DNA of 63,909 nt, filler included, from Lenisia limosa (lineage: Eukaryota > Protista > Breviatea): NCBI GenBank assembly GCA_001655205.1. It is 15 parts of 15 records of this genome, joined end to end, with 100 filler letters (N's around TTAATTAATTAA, not from the genome) between each part and the next. Parts side by side here need not be neighbours in the genome. Positions count along the whole stretch, not along the records: positions 1 to 16,395 come from LPNZ01004482.1; 14 more parts are not named here. One strand, 5' to 3'. The notes beneath the pieces are model-generated. The model did not search any database and was not told where the DNA came from. It saw nothing but the letters and a program-made list of their open reading frames with translations. Made by a program: the position numbers and the translations under genes. Positions within the stretch are counted from its first letter, which is position 1; every line of letters begins with the position of its first letter. This document shows, one piece after another, positions 1-12,899 of the stretch.

Positions 1-108
1 ATGAAAGCTTGCATTTCTGAATTATACAGCATCCATATTATAAGCCCGTTTTCCCTTCAGTAGATTGAAGAACAGATTGTTTTCCTGGTCCTGGTGTGAC
101 TATTTCAG

Positions 109-1583
109 CATCTGGGCGACGCCATTGCCACAAGTCTTCTCATCATTTCTTTCTCATCTGTTGCCTTTAGCCACGGTCTTTCTGGTGGGTGCTGGTATAA
201 CTAAAAAAAAAAAAAAAAAANNNNNNNNNNNNNNNNNNNNNNNNNNNNNNNNNNNNNNNNNNNNNNNNNNNNNNNNNNNNNNNNNNNNNNNNNNNNNNNN
301 NNNNNNNNNNNNNNNNNNNNNNNNNNNNNNNNNNNNNNNNNNNNNNNNNNNNNNNNNNNNNNNNNNNNNNNNNNNNNNNNNNNNNNNNNNNNNNNNNNCG
401 CTGTCACCCTCAAAATGTGCCTTCTCACCAAGACATGGACGATCTTCAACTTCCTTGCCGTCTTAGGCTCTATTGGTTGGTGCAAGGTATTAATCTCATA
501 TTGGTGGGTATCCGTTTGGAGTTGGATCGTGGTGAAGCTTTATCTGACTCAAAAACCACCTTCTTTTTCTTTTTTTACGATGATTTTTGGGCTGCCGTGA
601 AACTCTAGTTCTATTGGGTGATTCGTTACCATTTACTCCACAGTTCTCTACTTTGTTGTTGAACTCGCGACTTCCACCCTGTCAACAGACAACTGGTTCG
701 GCGTAAGAGGGGACTTTCATTGCATATTGTCGTAAAACCCAGCGTAGACCATCTTGACTGTGTAGGCTTTTGAATACGCAATAGCAGAGCCGAACTTCTG
801 GCTCATCTCAGTGATGACAGTGGCGGTCGCTATCCTCCCTGTCTTCACTCTGTCGTACATCAGGAGGTTGAATCATCCAATGTGGGGAGGAGGTGAATCA
901 TCCAATGTGGGGAGGAGTTTTGACCCTATCATTTTGTCATTTTGTGACCTTTTTGTGTGGTACATTTTCTACAATTCAATTTTGCCTTACTTGCCACAGG
1001 CCCTTCGAGATCATCCAGGAGGCTGACAAGTACCACAAAACACTGGATATTGAGGCTGAGGAGGTCGAGGTGGGGGGATATGATTTCACTAACAGTGCTT
1101 TTTTCTTCCAAGAATTTGTTTTTTATTTTTAATGACCCATCCAAAAGACAAGCATTGATTCCCATGACCTCACAGCTGAAACCGGTGCGACAAATCTCAG
1201 GATTGGCCCGATTCCGCGCAGCCGCCCAGACCGTTATGGCCGCGAGACTGCTGCTCAACGGCTCTTCCAAGGCCTTCACCGGCTTTGCCTTTGATCACGA
1301 GGAAGGTGCGCTGCCCTCATATGGCGCTGCATAATTACTATTGTCTTCTTTCAAAATAGTTATTTCCTCAGTATTTTTTGACAATGTGTAGATAAATATC
1401 ATTTCATTCTTGTCACCACTTTAGGATGGGCAGATATTGCTGCTGCGTCTTCGACTGTGTCGGGCAAGAAGAACAGGTTTGCATATTCATTGTTGAATTG
1501 AGAAAATAGGTTGTATCTAACTTGCCCACACCAAATTTTATAGCTCTGAGCAGATATTAATGTCAATGCTTACAAACCTTTGA
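109..1583 (+). CDS. P4-type ATPase (phospholipid flippase), C-terminal exons; 5' part outside window, last exon uncertain
   Basis: Spliced exons read HLGDAIATSLLIISF..., AVTLKMCLLTKTWTIFNFLAVLGSIG, FVTIYSTVLYFVVEL...NWFG|AFEYAIAEPNFWLISVMTVAVAILPVFTLSYIRR|PFEIIQEADKY and ...SSKAFTGFAFDHEEG. This matches the last transmembrane helices, the IIQE motif and the Drs2/ATP8-type GFAF tail motif. Introns are GT-AG. Confidence 0.8.
870..917. repeat. Direct repeat with 25-bp period, 2 copies, at the start of a flippase intron
   Basis: gaatcatccaatgtggggaggag at 870 and 895. Confidence 0.88.
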
Positions 1584-2252
1584 CACTGTAGACACGGAAC
1601 TTTCAGGGTGCGGCAAAAAAAGTAAAATGGTTATGTTGGGTGTAAAATGTATCTTTGTGTTGATGTCTAAACAAAACAAAAACAAGAGAGAGAGAGAGAG
1701 ACCCCAAGGGGGTTTGGAATAATAGTACACATCTATTTCGTAAGTAGACTAGTGGGCGGTGGTGGGTATTTATAACCTTGGATATTTTTTTTTGTGGTGT
1801 GGTGTGGATTGAAACTACAGTCCTTGAGTGGAAGCCGCACCACTCTGCCTTGACTCTCATTATACTCATCAAGGACTCATCTCAATCACACATTTGGGTT
1901 TGGGTTCAAGGCGGTTTGGGCTACAATGCAAGTTCAATGCCATTATATGGCTGTGAAATGCACGTTCAACGTCTTCAAATGTCTGGCAGATGTTTCTGCG
2001 TCTCTGCTGAAATGAATGTTTCATAGAGGCAACACCCCCCCCCCCCAAATATAAGAAAATTTGTACCCNNNNNNNNNNNNNNNNNNNNNNNNNNNNNNNN
2101 NNNNNNNNNNNNNNNNNNNNNNNNNNNNNNAACTTTCCGCCCTTTTAAAGATTTTTTATTTTTGTTTTTAAACTCAAGTGTATTGACTCCAAGTGTACTA
2201 AAAACCAATCCTATTACTTCAGGTTAAGTTTATATTATTTTTGTGAAGAACG

Positions 2253-5200
2253 ATGGCCTCTCCTACTGCAAGTGTACAGACCGGACTCAACGAGAATGGA
2301 TCTGTCAATGTTATTAACCAGAAACAGATGCTCAGGTAGGATTTTCTTGGTTTCCTCAATTTACCATGCTCACAATCAGGTACATTTCACTTAAGCTTGT
2401 TTCTATGGGCCATGAAGTCGTTCCTGGAGCTGATTTCGCCGACAAAGTGTGTTTAAAGCTCCAATAGTACTTAATATCATTTTCACCAATTGATTCAAGT
2501 CATTTTGTAGGGCGCTGAAGAGCTTCTGTCCGTCTCAGGAGACCTTCTTCTTAATCATCGCCAACAAAGAAGACTTCTAAGCGACTACCAATGCCCTCCA
2601 GACCGTCGTATTCAAAACTTCCTTGATAAGGTGAACATGGTGGATTGCCTTGATTCTGAGACCTCTGATCCTTTAAGCTCAAAATAGTGGAGTTTTAAAA
2701 TTGGGGAAACCCAAGTTGTGTTCACCTATTTTATTTCAGAAGCGTAGCAACCTTCTCCTTCTGCTTACCCTTACTATATGTGAATTTACTTTATTAAGGA
2801 GTTTTCCGGTTGATATTAATGCATTTAGTCCTTCGCTCCGCTGAAGTTGGACTTCACCCCTCAGATCCCAGAGACCTTCGTCCTTGACCACTTTGGTGGG
2901 CCTCTTTCTCCATAAAATACCACATGGTTATAGATTACCATGGTGGTTGATATTGGATCAACTACCATTATCTTGGGTAGTTGAATTTATTCGCCATTTT
3001 AATTCTACTTTACTCTTCCTCCAAATTCCTCCCTTTGAAGAACCTGCTACAATTCCTGATTAGGACTATCTGATTTCTATCTTATTTTACATATTGCATG
3101 TTGCTAATCCAGTGCGTATCCTCCACCATTTATATTAAAATACTAATATCAAATGAAAGGTTATGCAGTGCCTTTTGCCTTTGGTCCTTTTTGACCTTTG
3201 ATCTGACATTCCAGGAATGGCTGGAGCGCTGTCCATGCCCCTTCATGTCAACCAGACCAACAATGGCTTCATCAAAAGGTTGGCCAAGACACATGATTCC
3301 ACAATTCAATTGGCTCGTCATAATTCATCCGATATTGTTAAAATACCCCTCACCTCTCCCCGCCATCAATTCAATTGACCCTACAGTACCCGCCTTCCCA
3401 ACGGCGTGCTGCACAACCCCAAGAACGACAGACGTACCACCAAGGGCTCCTTCCACGTTGCGGAGGGCGGCCTCCCCATCCCGGGTGACAAGATCGCTGT
3501 TCCCCTCCACGTAAGCGTGCCGGCTTTTGCATGTGGCGATGTTTCAATATTGACATTTTACTTCCCAAGACATTCGCCTACATTCTGTCCAAGGCATTCG
3601 AGGCTCCCGAGGATTTGACTCGCATCCCCCTCTCCACCTCTTTCGAGAAGCCTATCAACACCTGGTGCTCTCTCCTTCTCAGACCCCTCGTGAGTTGAAT
3701 TCCCCGAATTACTTCATGATGTTGTGCACTAGTTAGGTTGATGGTTTTACTTCATGATGTTGTGCACTAGTTGGGTTGATGGTTTTACTTCATGATGTTG
3801 TGCACTAGTTGGGTTGATGGTTTACTTGTTCGAACCCCTCACCCCCAGGTTGCCCCCGGTATCAACAAAGACTTCACCACCAAGAGGCTCGAAACCCGCT
3901 TCTTCGCCCCCGCCGGCCTCTCCGCTTGCCTTGTGAGCACACTGATATATATCGAAATTCTCGTGCTTGGTGATATTTATCTCACGCCTCCAGGAGTTTG
4001 TTGAGCGTGTGTTTGGCAACTCCGGTGACCCCTTCCTTCCTGAGAACGACTCTGCTCTTTGTGTAGGGAGGGATTACCATTTACGTTCTTGGTGTGGTTA
4101 TTTGGCAGCTTAATTCCCGTTATTTCACTAAGTAATTATTATCCCTTGGATATTGCCTCTTTCTGAGATTCTTAGTAGTTGAAATCTTGTAACACCACAG
4201 GACGACTGGACAGGCCACACCGGGTGCGTAATTGTCGCCCCCCACATCCCCCTCACCGTCACCAAGAAGGCGTGCGGTCTTCCCCACAAGTCCAAGGCTA
4301 CTCCTGCACAGGTCGGTGGCAGCGAGGGTTCAACCAAAGATAACGACAAATAATTGATAGATGATGCTCATGGCCTCCACTGATCAACCTTTATTGGCCC
4401 AGTTTTCTCTTCTCACTGAGTAGATCGCGACCGGCATGTGCTGGGAGTCTGAGAACGAACTTTACAACAGTGGCAAGCCCTTCAAGGTGAGATGTCTGGT
4501 CCTTTCATTCATCACCCCAAAATTATTAAGATTGTATATTCTTGTCATTTTCCCATTGGTTGCATTCACCCTGCAGCTCACCCACCGTACCACCGACGGT
4601 GTCGTTGTGACTATCATTGGAGACCCGTACTTCGGATACTGCAAGAAGGAGGTCAAGACCCAAATCTCATTCTCCTCCAACCTCTTCGGCTCAACTGAGG
4701 AGGAACATGCCGGCGGCGCTGTGGCCTTCCCCAACTACAACCTCGGCTCCCTCTTTGACGGTACTGAGGTACGAGCTGGTGACCATGTGTTGCTGTGTCG
4801 TTGCTAGATATCATGTGGCTTAATCTGGTTCTAATACTTTAGATTGCCAAGGGCGAACGCGGCCGTTTCCGTTCTCTGACCAGAAGGGATCAGACTTTTG
4901 ATGAGCTCAAGTCTGTCCATGGTGACCTCTTCAACATCATGCCTGAGGTAGGGAGGGGGTAACACAGTAGTCTGGAGAGTCACCCCATAACAATTGCTCA
5001 TTTTGTTTAGGGACACGGAGTCGACAGGATCCACCCCAACATCATCTACCTCCCTGAGAACTTCAAGGTCGGTATTACGATACGGAACTTATGATATACT
5101 ATTTGTCGATTTTGTATACGTATTAATTTTTGCTTTTGATTATCACCATCCCTAATTTTGCGGTCATTTGAACAGCGGTAACTTCTTAGGTTGACCTGTA

Positions 5201-8200
5201 CAAACAAAGCATCAGCTGGACCATTGCTGGCAAGGAGCAGTCCATCAAGCTCCTCCCGAAGTACACTCTTGTTCATCCCACTGGTTACCGTGTATGTGGA
5301 CTTGCTACACGACTAAATCGCCACTCTCACTTTCCCACCTATTGCAGTCTTCCATTTGCATCGCCTGATCTCCCAGGTGACAATGCGCAAGGCTGCATCC
5401 GGCAATCATTGGCGCCTTGTCGGCACAGCCCCCATGGGCACCTTCTGCCACAAGCCCTGCACCGTGTCCGGTGGTGGCAAGTCCGAGATCTCAAAGAACA
5501 TTGGCGACGCCATTCGTAGCGGACCTCTTTACGTCGAGGTTTGCCCTGGGTAATGAACCGCATATCGTATGTAAGCCCGTTGATCGTGATTGAGATGAGC
5601 ATATTCCAACCCTCCAGGACCTGGCCAACGACTTGAAGGTTGTGAGACAGCTCATCGGCAAGGACTACAGCAACCGCTTCAACCCCTCATCTAAACAGTG
5701 GGTCTTCAGTGCTTTTCTGATTAGAATAGAGGACACGAAGGCGTCACCTTTTGTCCCAATAAGTCCATTACCGTACCTTGTTACTTGTTTCCAGTTATCC
5801 TAGTATCTAACACTCGTACAGGGAGTCGAAGAACCGTGGTATTCTCAGCTCTGACCGCTCTCTTGGTAGTGTCATCAAACTTCTTACCGAGTCCCCCTCA
5901 AACTTCACCCCTGGTTTGCTGCTCAATTATTGCCACATAGTCATGATCTTTATACATATTTTTTTGTACTACTTCCATTTTCTGTCTTACTGACCTTTTT
6001 AGAGTACAACGCCTGGATCAGCACCATCCCTTACCACGTCAAGGCCCTCACCTTCTTCATCAAGAAGATCTGGAGAGTGGGCGCTGGTGTTGTCAGTCCT
6101 TCTATCCTGTGTTTACCCTTTGATCTCATTTAATATGCAATACGTTTTTGCCCTGACGTCCTAGTCCGAATACCGTGCAGTTGAGGACGTTTTCAAGCTC
6201 CTTTCCGTGGACACAGTCAATGGTGTTGCTGGCCACGAACTCAAGTACCGCGGCAAGGTTGGAGGCCCGACTTGTCTCAATTAGAAGTATTTCATATCAG
6301 ATGATATTATTTATAATTTCGTTTCTTCTCTCAAACCAAGTATTTTTGTTGATCCGCAACATCTTTTCACCACCAGGTTGTCACCGGTGATTACCTTCGT
6401 ATCGGCCTTCACGGCAACAAGGAGTGGAGAATGTTCAAGCTCCGTACCGACTTCGTTGCGGCTGACAAGGTTCAGATGGAGTGGGTGAAGTTTTTGTTTT
6501 TATTCCTAACCTGCATTACTATTACGGCTTCTCTACCTCTTCTCATCTCATATTACGATATCTGCCATTTATCCGCTACGCCGCTGACACACAGGGACGA
6601 TATCACTGCTTCCATTGTGGCGCCCACTGAGAAGATCCCTGCTGCTCAAAGCAACCAGCCCTGCCTCAAGGTTTGCGCCAGTTCACTGGAGTTCCCATCG
6701 CTTTTACTCATAGTTGTTTGCGGCTCTAATCGTGATAGGTTTCCCTGAATTGCGAGACCCGGCTCTTCCAGCGTCCTGATGATGCCAGTGCGCTTTGGGA
6801 GGTTATTGAAACTAATAGACTGCATCCTATAATGTCCATACCTAGAATCTCTAGCTGTAAAACCATGAATGCTCACCCCCCAGAAATCCCCGGCTACGAC
6901 CACCAGGCTGAAGAGGACCTTGCTGGTCCCGACACCTGGATCTGTAACTTCGAGCCCGTTCAGCCCGAGGAGGTGGGCTGTTTGCTTGTAGTATTGTACT
7001 CTTCTTTTTTGTTCTGACGGATGCGGTGCTGCAAAAGCGACTGGTCTGGGCTTTGTTTGTGTGTCAGAGTTGATTGTGGGCTTTTTTTTTCATAAATATT
7101 TCAATTTTACCCCCCCCCCCCCCCNNNNNNNNNNNNNNNNNNNNNNNNNNNNNNNNNNNNNNNNNNNNNNNNNNNNNNNNNNNNNNNNNNNNNNNNNNNN
7201 NNNNNNNNNNNNNNNNNNNNNNNNNNNNNNNNNNNNNNNNNNNNNNNNNAAACCGACAAACCTCGTGTCGTCGCCTGCAAAATGCGCGTACTCGAAGACG
7301 GTTCTCGCTCCACCAACCCCAGATACCTCCAGGTCTGCTGCGTCTCCGAAGAAGTCTCGATAACCCTTGATATTGTTCCCATTTCCACTGAGGATTCCAA
7401 GAACTGAACGTAACGGTCCAGGTTCGCCCCGACTTTACTGATGGCGAGTCGACCCGTCTCATGCACGTGGCCTACAGACTGCAGCGCAAGAACACCAAGC
7501 CCGCCATCCCCGTCGACTCGTACGCGGGCACTACTGGATAATTCATAGGCTGTTGTGTTTAGAACACAAAGCATCATGATATAAGATACTTGAATGGCAT
7601 TTGACTGACTGTATTCAGAGTTCTCTGCGGACGCCGTCTCAACCCTCCCCAACCCAGCATCAAGCCCCTCTGCGTCTACAACCCCCTCCACTTCCAGAAC
7701 CTCCCCGAACTCTTCATGGACTTTGGTACGAGATTACTCTGCTCTTTTTGGATTGTACACTGGTCAATATACTCAGGCTTTCCTGTAATAAAGTAACGTT
7801 TGCAGTCTGCTCAGTCACCGGAAAGAGCCCCTCTACCACTGGTGCTGGATCTGAAGGCGCCCTCACCAAGGTCGGCGATACTTTGACGCTATTACCCCAT
7901 TCCGTGTTGTGCCATCCTGTTACTCTTGTACCATCGCCCCATAACGCTGCAGGGACCCTTCAACGCCCTCCGTCCCACTGCCGACCTCAACGCCACTCTT
8001 GTGTCCTACATCCTCACCGGCTACCAGGCCTATTCCTCCGCTGCCGGTGGGCGTCACGGTCATCTTTCTTGCTCCCCCGGAGCATACGACTGTACCCCCC
8101 TCTGACGTTACAGGCTTTGTTGGTCCCGATCTTGAGGTGCAGCACGACATCTCCCTTCTTGTTCCCGAGATCTGGTGCCGTCTCCTGCCTCACGAGAGAG

Positions 8201-9831
8201 ACGCTGAGGTATGCTTTGACACTCAATGTCTTTTATGAACATGCTCATGTGCAGTCCCCCTTTATTTTCATATCTGCAAGAATAATATTTTAGAGTGAGT
8301 TTGTATTCAACCAACACTGTCATTATCTCACCCCCCAGACCCTGATCAAGGATGGACTCCTCGAGAAGGTTGAAGACTTTGAGCACAAGGGCAAGACCGT
8401 TCTGGCCTCTCGTCTTGGCTACAGAATCACCCGCAAGGTCTGGTCTTACCCCTGCCAATATGCGTCAGACAGAAACGCTTCTCTCGTCATGACAGCTCTT
8501 AAAACTCACCCATCCAGTTTGTGCACACCTACTTCGGCCGCATCTTCGACTGCCCCTCCGTTGTGTTCACCCCTGAGATCCTCCAGCCTGAGCTTTCCTC
8601 CATCGACACCTTCGCTGATGGTGTTGAGAACCTCACCACTGCTCAGAAGAACTCCGCCGATACCTATTTCAAGGTTTGTATCATACAGATTACTGTGTGC
8701 ATATTACGGGATTCGGCATCTTTACTGTGAACTAAGTTTCCATCTTGGCTATCTTGCTTGTCAATGTGTTTTGACCCCCCAGGATGAGAGCATCAATGAC
8801 GCCATTCCTCCTCTCAAGGTTAGCATTAACTCAACTCTTTCACAAATCAATCCTATTATACCCTGCCATTGGAGTTTCGATGCACTTTACAAGGCTTAAT
8901 GGGTCCTTAGGCTGTGCTCCACGTCATGGCTCATGGACATTACAACGGCCTCAAGCCAGGTGACAAGGAGTTTGACAGAATGTATGCTGGATTCTTGGTA
9001 ACGTGAGGCGTGTGCCGTTGTTTGCTTTTGTTATTATAATAACCACACACTGACCCCCCAGGTTCCAGCGCGACGAGATGCTGAAGAGCGATTGGTATCA
9101 AGCTCGTCTTGCGGCCAAGCAGCTCTCTGACGCCCGTCTCGTCAACACCGAAATCAAGGCCCTCGAGGACCTCATCAGCAAGAAGAGGTGAGTACCATCC
9201 GCTTCGCTTCCATCTCCCAATAAAATGGGCTAAATATTTGGAGCTTTGGGCTTGTTCCCTTCACGTGGGTTTTTCATACATTTCCATTTTCACCCCCCCC
9301 CCCCCCNNNNNNNNNNNNNNNNNNNNNNNNNNNNNNNNNNNNNNNNNNNNNNNNNNNNNNNNNNNNNNNNNNNNNNNTGCCGAGGCACGCAAACGCCTTG
9401 CACATATCTGCTCAAAGGCTTACGTCACCGAAACCCTCAGGGTGGGTTTTCTGTCAATATCACAGTGACCCTCTGTTACAATGACACTTTTCACTCTTTC
9501 AGGAAACCATCGGCACTGACCCCACCCTTGTTGCCCCCGGAATCACCCTCGAGTCTATGGTAAGCTTCCTGCCTATCACTCCTACTCTCTTTCCTTCTTC
9601 GTCGACCTCCTTTCTCTGATGGAGTTATTGTTACACTTTGGATCTGAAAATATTTTCAGTGCTATATCTGCAATATTTAGCTTGTTGATTACGTTTCTTT
9701 GATTTTAAATAATGTTTCACTTCAATATTCTTCATCAGATTTCCTTTGTTCTCACCCCATAGGCCCCCAAGCAAAAGCGTGCAGGCACCACCCCCAGCCG
9801 TGCCGCCAAATCCCGTCGTGTTTTTATGTGA
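2253..9831 (+). CDS. Pyrophosphate-dependent phosphoenolpyruvate carboxykinase (PPi-PEPCK, PEP carboxytransphosphorylase), about 37 introns, two small assembly gaps
   Basis: ATG at 2253, TGA at 9829-9831. Exons assemble into [81 protein letters not shown]-loop [44 protein letters not shown] and terminal GTIGTDP, all hallmarks of the PPi-PEPCK family. Confidence 0.93.
3709..3828. repeat. 38-bp tandem repeat, 3 near-perfect copies, in a PEPCK intron
   Basis: ttacttcatgatgttgtgcactagtt(a/g)ggttgatggtt starts at 3709, 3747 and 3785. Confidence 0.92.
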
Positions 9832-10122
9832 GGAACTGAACACCGGAATTCTGTATTAGTTAAAGCAGGTCAGCATTAATAGTGTGAATTACTCTGACAT
9901 CACCTGGAGCGTTTCAAGGGTTATTTTGTGCTGGGGCTTCGGAGTGGGAACTTTCACAACTACTGTTGGAAAGTTAACTCGTGTGTGGGGGAGAGAGGCA
10001 GCTTTCGGGTGGTCGCTTTCTTTAACCAACTGAGCCACAACCAAATCTACATTTTCCCTCTCTCAACCAATACCTCTACTAATTTACATAAAACACTAAT
10101 ACAATACACATTACCGATAGCC

Positions 10123-12758
10123 CTATTCGCAGATGTCACGGTCGCTGAAGATTACAGCCTCGAAAAACCAGCCCACAGCAAAGCCGAGGAATGTTGCCAG
10201 CCCTCCGTTGAACAGAATGCCAGTGCCTAATGTCGTAAAGGGGGCGGGGGGTAGACCAGGTCTACAAAACACAAAAACACAGCCAAGAGGATAGTTTTAG
10301 TCAGAACTCAATATGATATGATGTGATTTATGTGTTTTCTAGTCCCCCTTCTCAACCAACCCACCGCTTTTGAAGATGTTCTGACCCGTGAAGCTGGCCT
10401 TGAAAATGCCCAGAACAAAGAGCGTCATAGCAGTCAAAATCACAGCCGCAATGAGAGATACTGACTTCCTCTTCTCCTCAGTCACTGCAATATATCACAC
10501 CTTTGAAACACCATGGTCACAAGGATCTCTTTTATTGCCCACCACCTATCACGACGGAGAGCTAGCATTGCCAAGGGTTACATACAAAACTGCACAAAGG
10601 GCATGACCACAGGCCTACTATCGAGAGAGGAAGAAATAAGCTCGAGAAGAGTGAAGGAGAGAAGAGGCACAACACCAAACATGATGAACGACATGAAGGT
10701 CACCAGGCCTTAGCGGTCAGATTGCTGCAAATAACTTTTGATTCAAGGTCCAAGAAAGAGAGAACCGCCAATAAGGATGCTCACCGTTCTTGGCCGGGCT
10801 GTCGTCATCGTCTGGTGCCATGATACCAAGCTCCTCAACCTGCACTGTGATAAAACAGGCCCTCCTTCCAAGAAACAAATATGACATGAGCAAAATCAGA
10901 AGAAACACACTCGCCACCATTTTGTCCAAATTTGACAATAAAGCAGCAAAAAATAGGCCAGATTTGATTCATATGGCCTAATACTCTCTAAGCCACTTAA
11001 CTTGACTTAGAGAGAGAAGTTTAAATCCTTACAGGCCCTAACAGACTTCCTTTTGAACTATTTTATAACACAGACATTATTTATTTTTAATCACCCGAGT
11101 CGCCCACCAACCATCATGACATCAACAAAGAGGTCCCTGTGAGCGGCTAAAAGGCGGACTGCCTTAAGGGTGACTTGTTGAAATCCAAATATAAGGGGTT
11201 TTCATCAAGTGTGTGGTCTCGATGCCTCTCCGATAAAAATCGATATTTTACACCGTAGGGAAGTCCCAATCATCACAGACCGCCCCCCCCCCACAGTCTC
11301 AGCGTCTTCACGAGGCATGCCCTTGGCATTGTAAAATTGAACCATTTCAAAGATCTCACCCTCGGGGTTGATATCAAACTCCCTAATATGGTAAGTGGTC
11401 CAAATGTCTTGCTACACGGGTATTTTTGAATTCATTGTTTTGGAATACTATATTAAAAATTGTTCAACGTAAACAAACCAAATATTCAGCACACTTTATA
11501 CCATTCCCATCAGCCAGTTCACCAAGCTTCTCTCTTCCTCTCTTGTCGGGCATATTCAATTTCAGCTTTGGAGGAAAGGAAGTCACCAAGACCCATGGAA
11601 AGCGCTGTAAGGATAAAAAAAATAAAAGGAGCTATGAAAAACGCAAAGTCATTAAAGCCATCTTTTCCTACCATCAGCAAAGAGGCTGGAGAAACCAAGA
11701 GCCAAAATGACCGGGGTTGACAGGCCGGCACCAGCAACACCTGAAATGTCAGATCTTATGATGTTGTTTTGGGCGAGTGAGCTTGGTTACAATACCCTCA
11801 TCATTTTCTCAAAGCAGGCATCCAAACCAGATTCACTACGTAATCTTAACCAAGCCCCAAATCCATGAATTTTGATCAAAAGTAGCCAAAAGCTGTACCC
11901 CAAATCCATGTAAAAATCCTTACACTCCGAGGTTTCATTCTGGTTTAGCGGCCAGATTTAAGGCAAAAGGAAACGATAATTATATTGGAGCTTTGATGTT
12001 GTTATATTACAAAAAGACTTTGGTGTGATTGGTACTTGTCATTGGCTAGAGATGGGAGTATGTCATGCCCCGAAACGCAAGATCCGACAGAAATGCCTAC
12101 CAGACACGGCGGCAGCGGTGGTGATGACGCCATCAAGGCCGCCAAGAACGACACTTCGCACGTACTTGCCTGACGTTCTAAGACTGTCAATAGATTGTTC
12201 TAGAAACTCCAATGTTGTGGGTGGCATAATAGGTTTGAGAAGGCGTTACCATGGTACCCCCTTTTAAATTGAAATTTTTTAGCATCCGAGTACCTGAGTT
12301 CATGCAGGTATAAGTTAATGCACAGAGGAGGAAATCCGTTGCAAAAGGGGAAAACCTCACTTCCCTCTGCCTTCAGACCAAACCCTCAGACCTGTGGATG
12401 TTGACGGGCATCGACACCGCTCCAGCCCCCCCGACTCCGTGAGCAACCTTCGAGGCCTCAGCATCTCCGGTCTTGTAGGCATTTCGTGCGGCTCCTAGGG
12501 AGGTCAGAGGGACAGTAAGGATGACAAAATTGGGATGGAGTGAGCGGAGGTGGGGAGGGGAGGAGGCGGAAAGAGCTATTGGAGGCAAATCCAACCTAAG
12601 TCACGAGAGAATGGTCCATTTGACGGGGACGAGGAGGCGGAAGGGGCACTTCCTGCAGGATCCGCCGCCTCGGTCGCACCCTCCTGGACTTCTGGCGCGG
12701 CTTTGGGTTCATCAATTACAACTTCTACAAGTTCTGAATCATTTTTAGCGTCTGTCAT
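10123..12758 (-). CDS. VIT1/CCC1-family vacuolar iron/manganese transporter, multi-exon, apparently complete
   Basis: Exons read MTDAKNDSELV..., GKYVRSVVLGGLDGVITTAAAVSG, TALSMGLGDFLSSKAEIEYARQERKREAW, FDINPEGEIFEMVQFYNAKGMPREDAET, VEELGIMAP, GLVTFMSFIMFGVVPLL and TLFVLGIFKASFTGQ, ending ...FSDRDICE* (TAG at 10123-10125). It is convergent with PEPCK, 291 bp between stop codons. Confidence 0.9.
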
Positions 12759-12899
12759 GGTGTTTGAAGAAAAATAAATTCCCGGAGAAGTGTTTTTCTA
12801 TTAATATAGTATCAAAATGTGATTGCACAATATATTTCTCTGTGTTTTTCACTCAAAAAAAGGGGGAAATTTTTCAAAACCGAATGTAAAATAATGTAC

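Noticed and set aside
929-1279. Minus-strand ORF of 116 aa from the ORF track
   Set aside because: It is the antisense shadow of flippase exons and introns on the plus strand.
3709-3828. 38-bp repeats as a CRISPR array
   Set aside because: The units are head-to-tail with no unique spacers, lie inside a spliceosomal intron, and no cas genes are present.
7601-8293. 230-aa plus-strand ORF as a separate gene
   Set aside because: It runs through PEPCK exons and introns in mixed frames; the spliced PEPCK reading explains the region.
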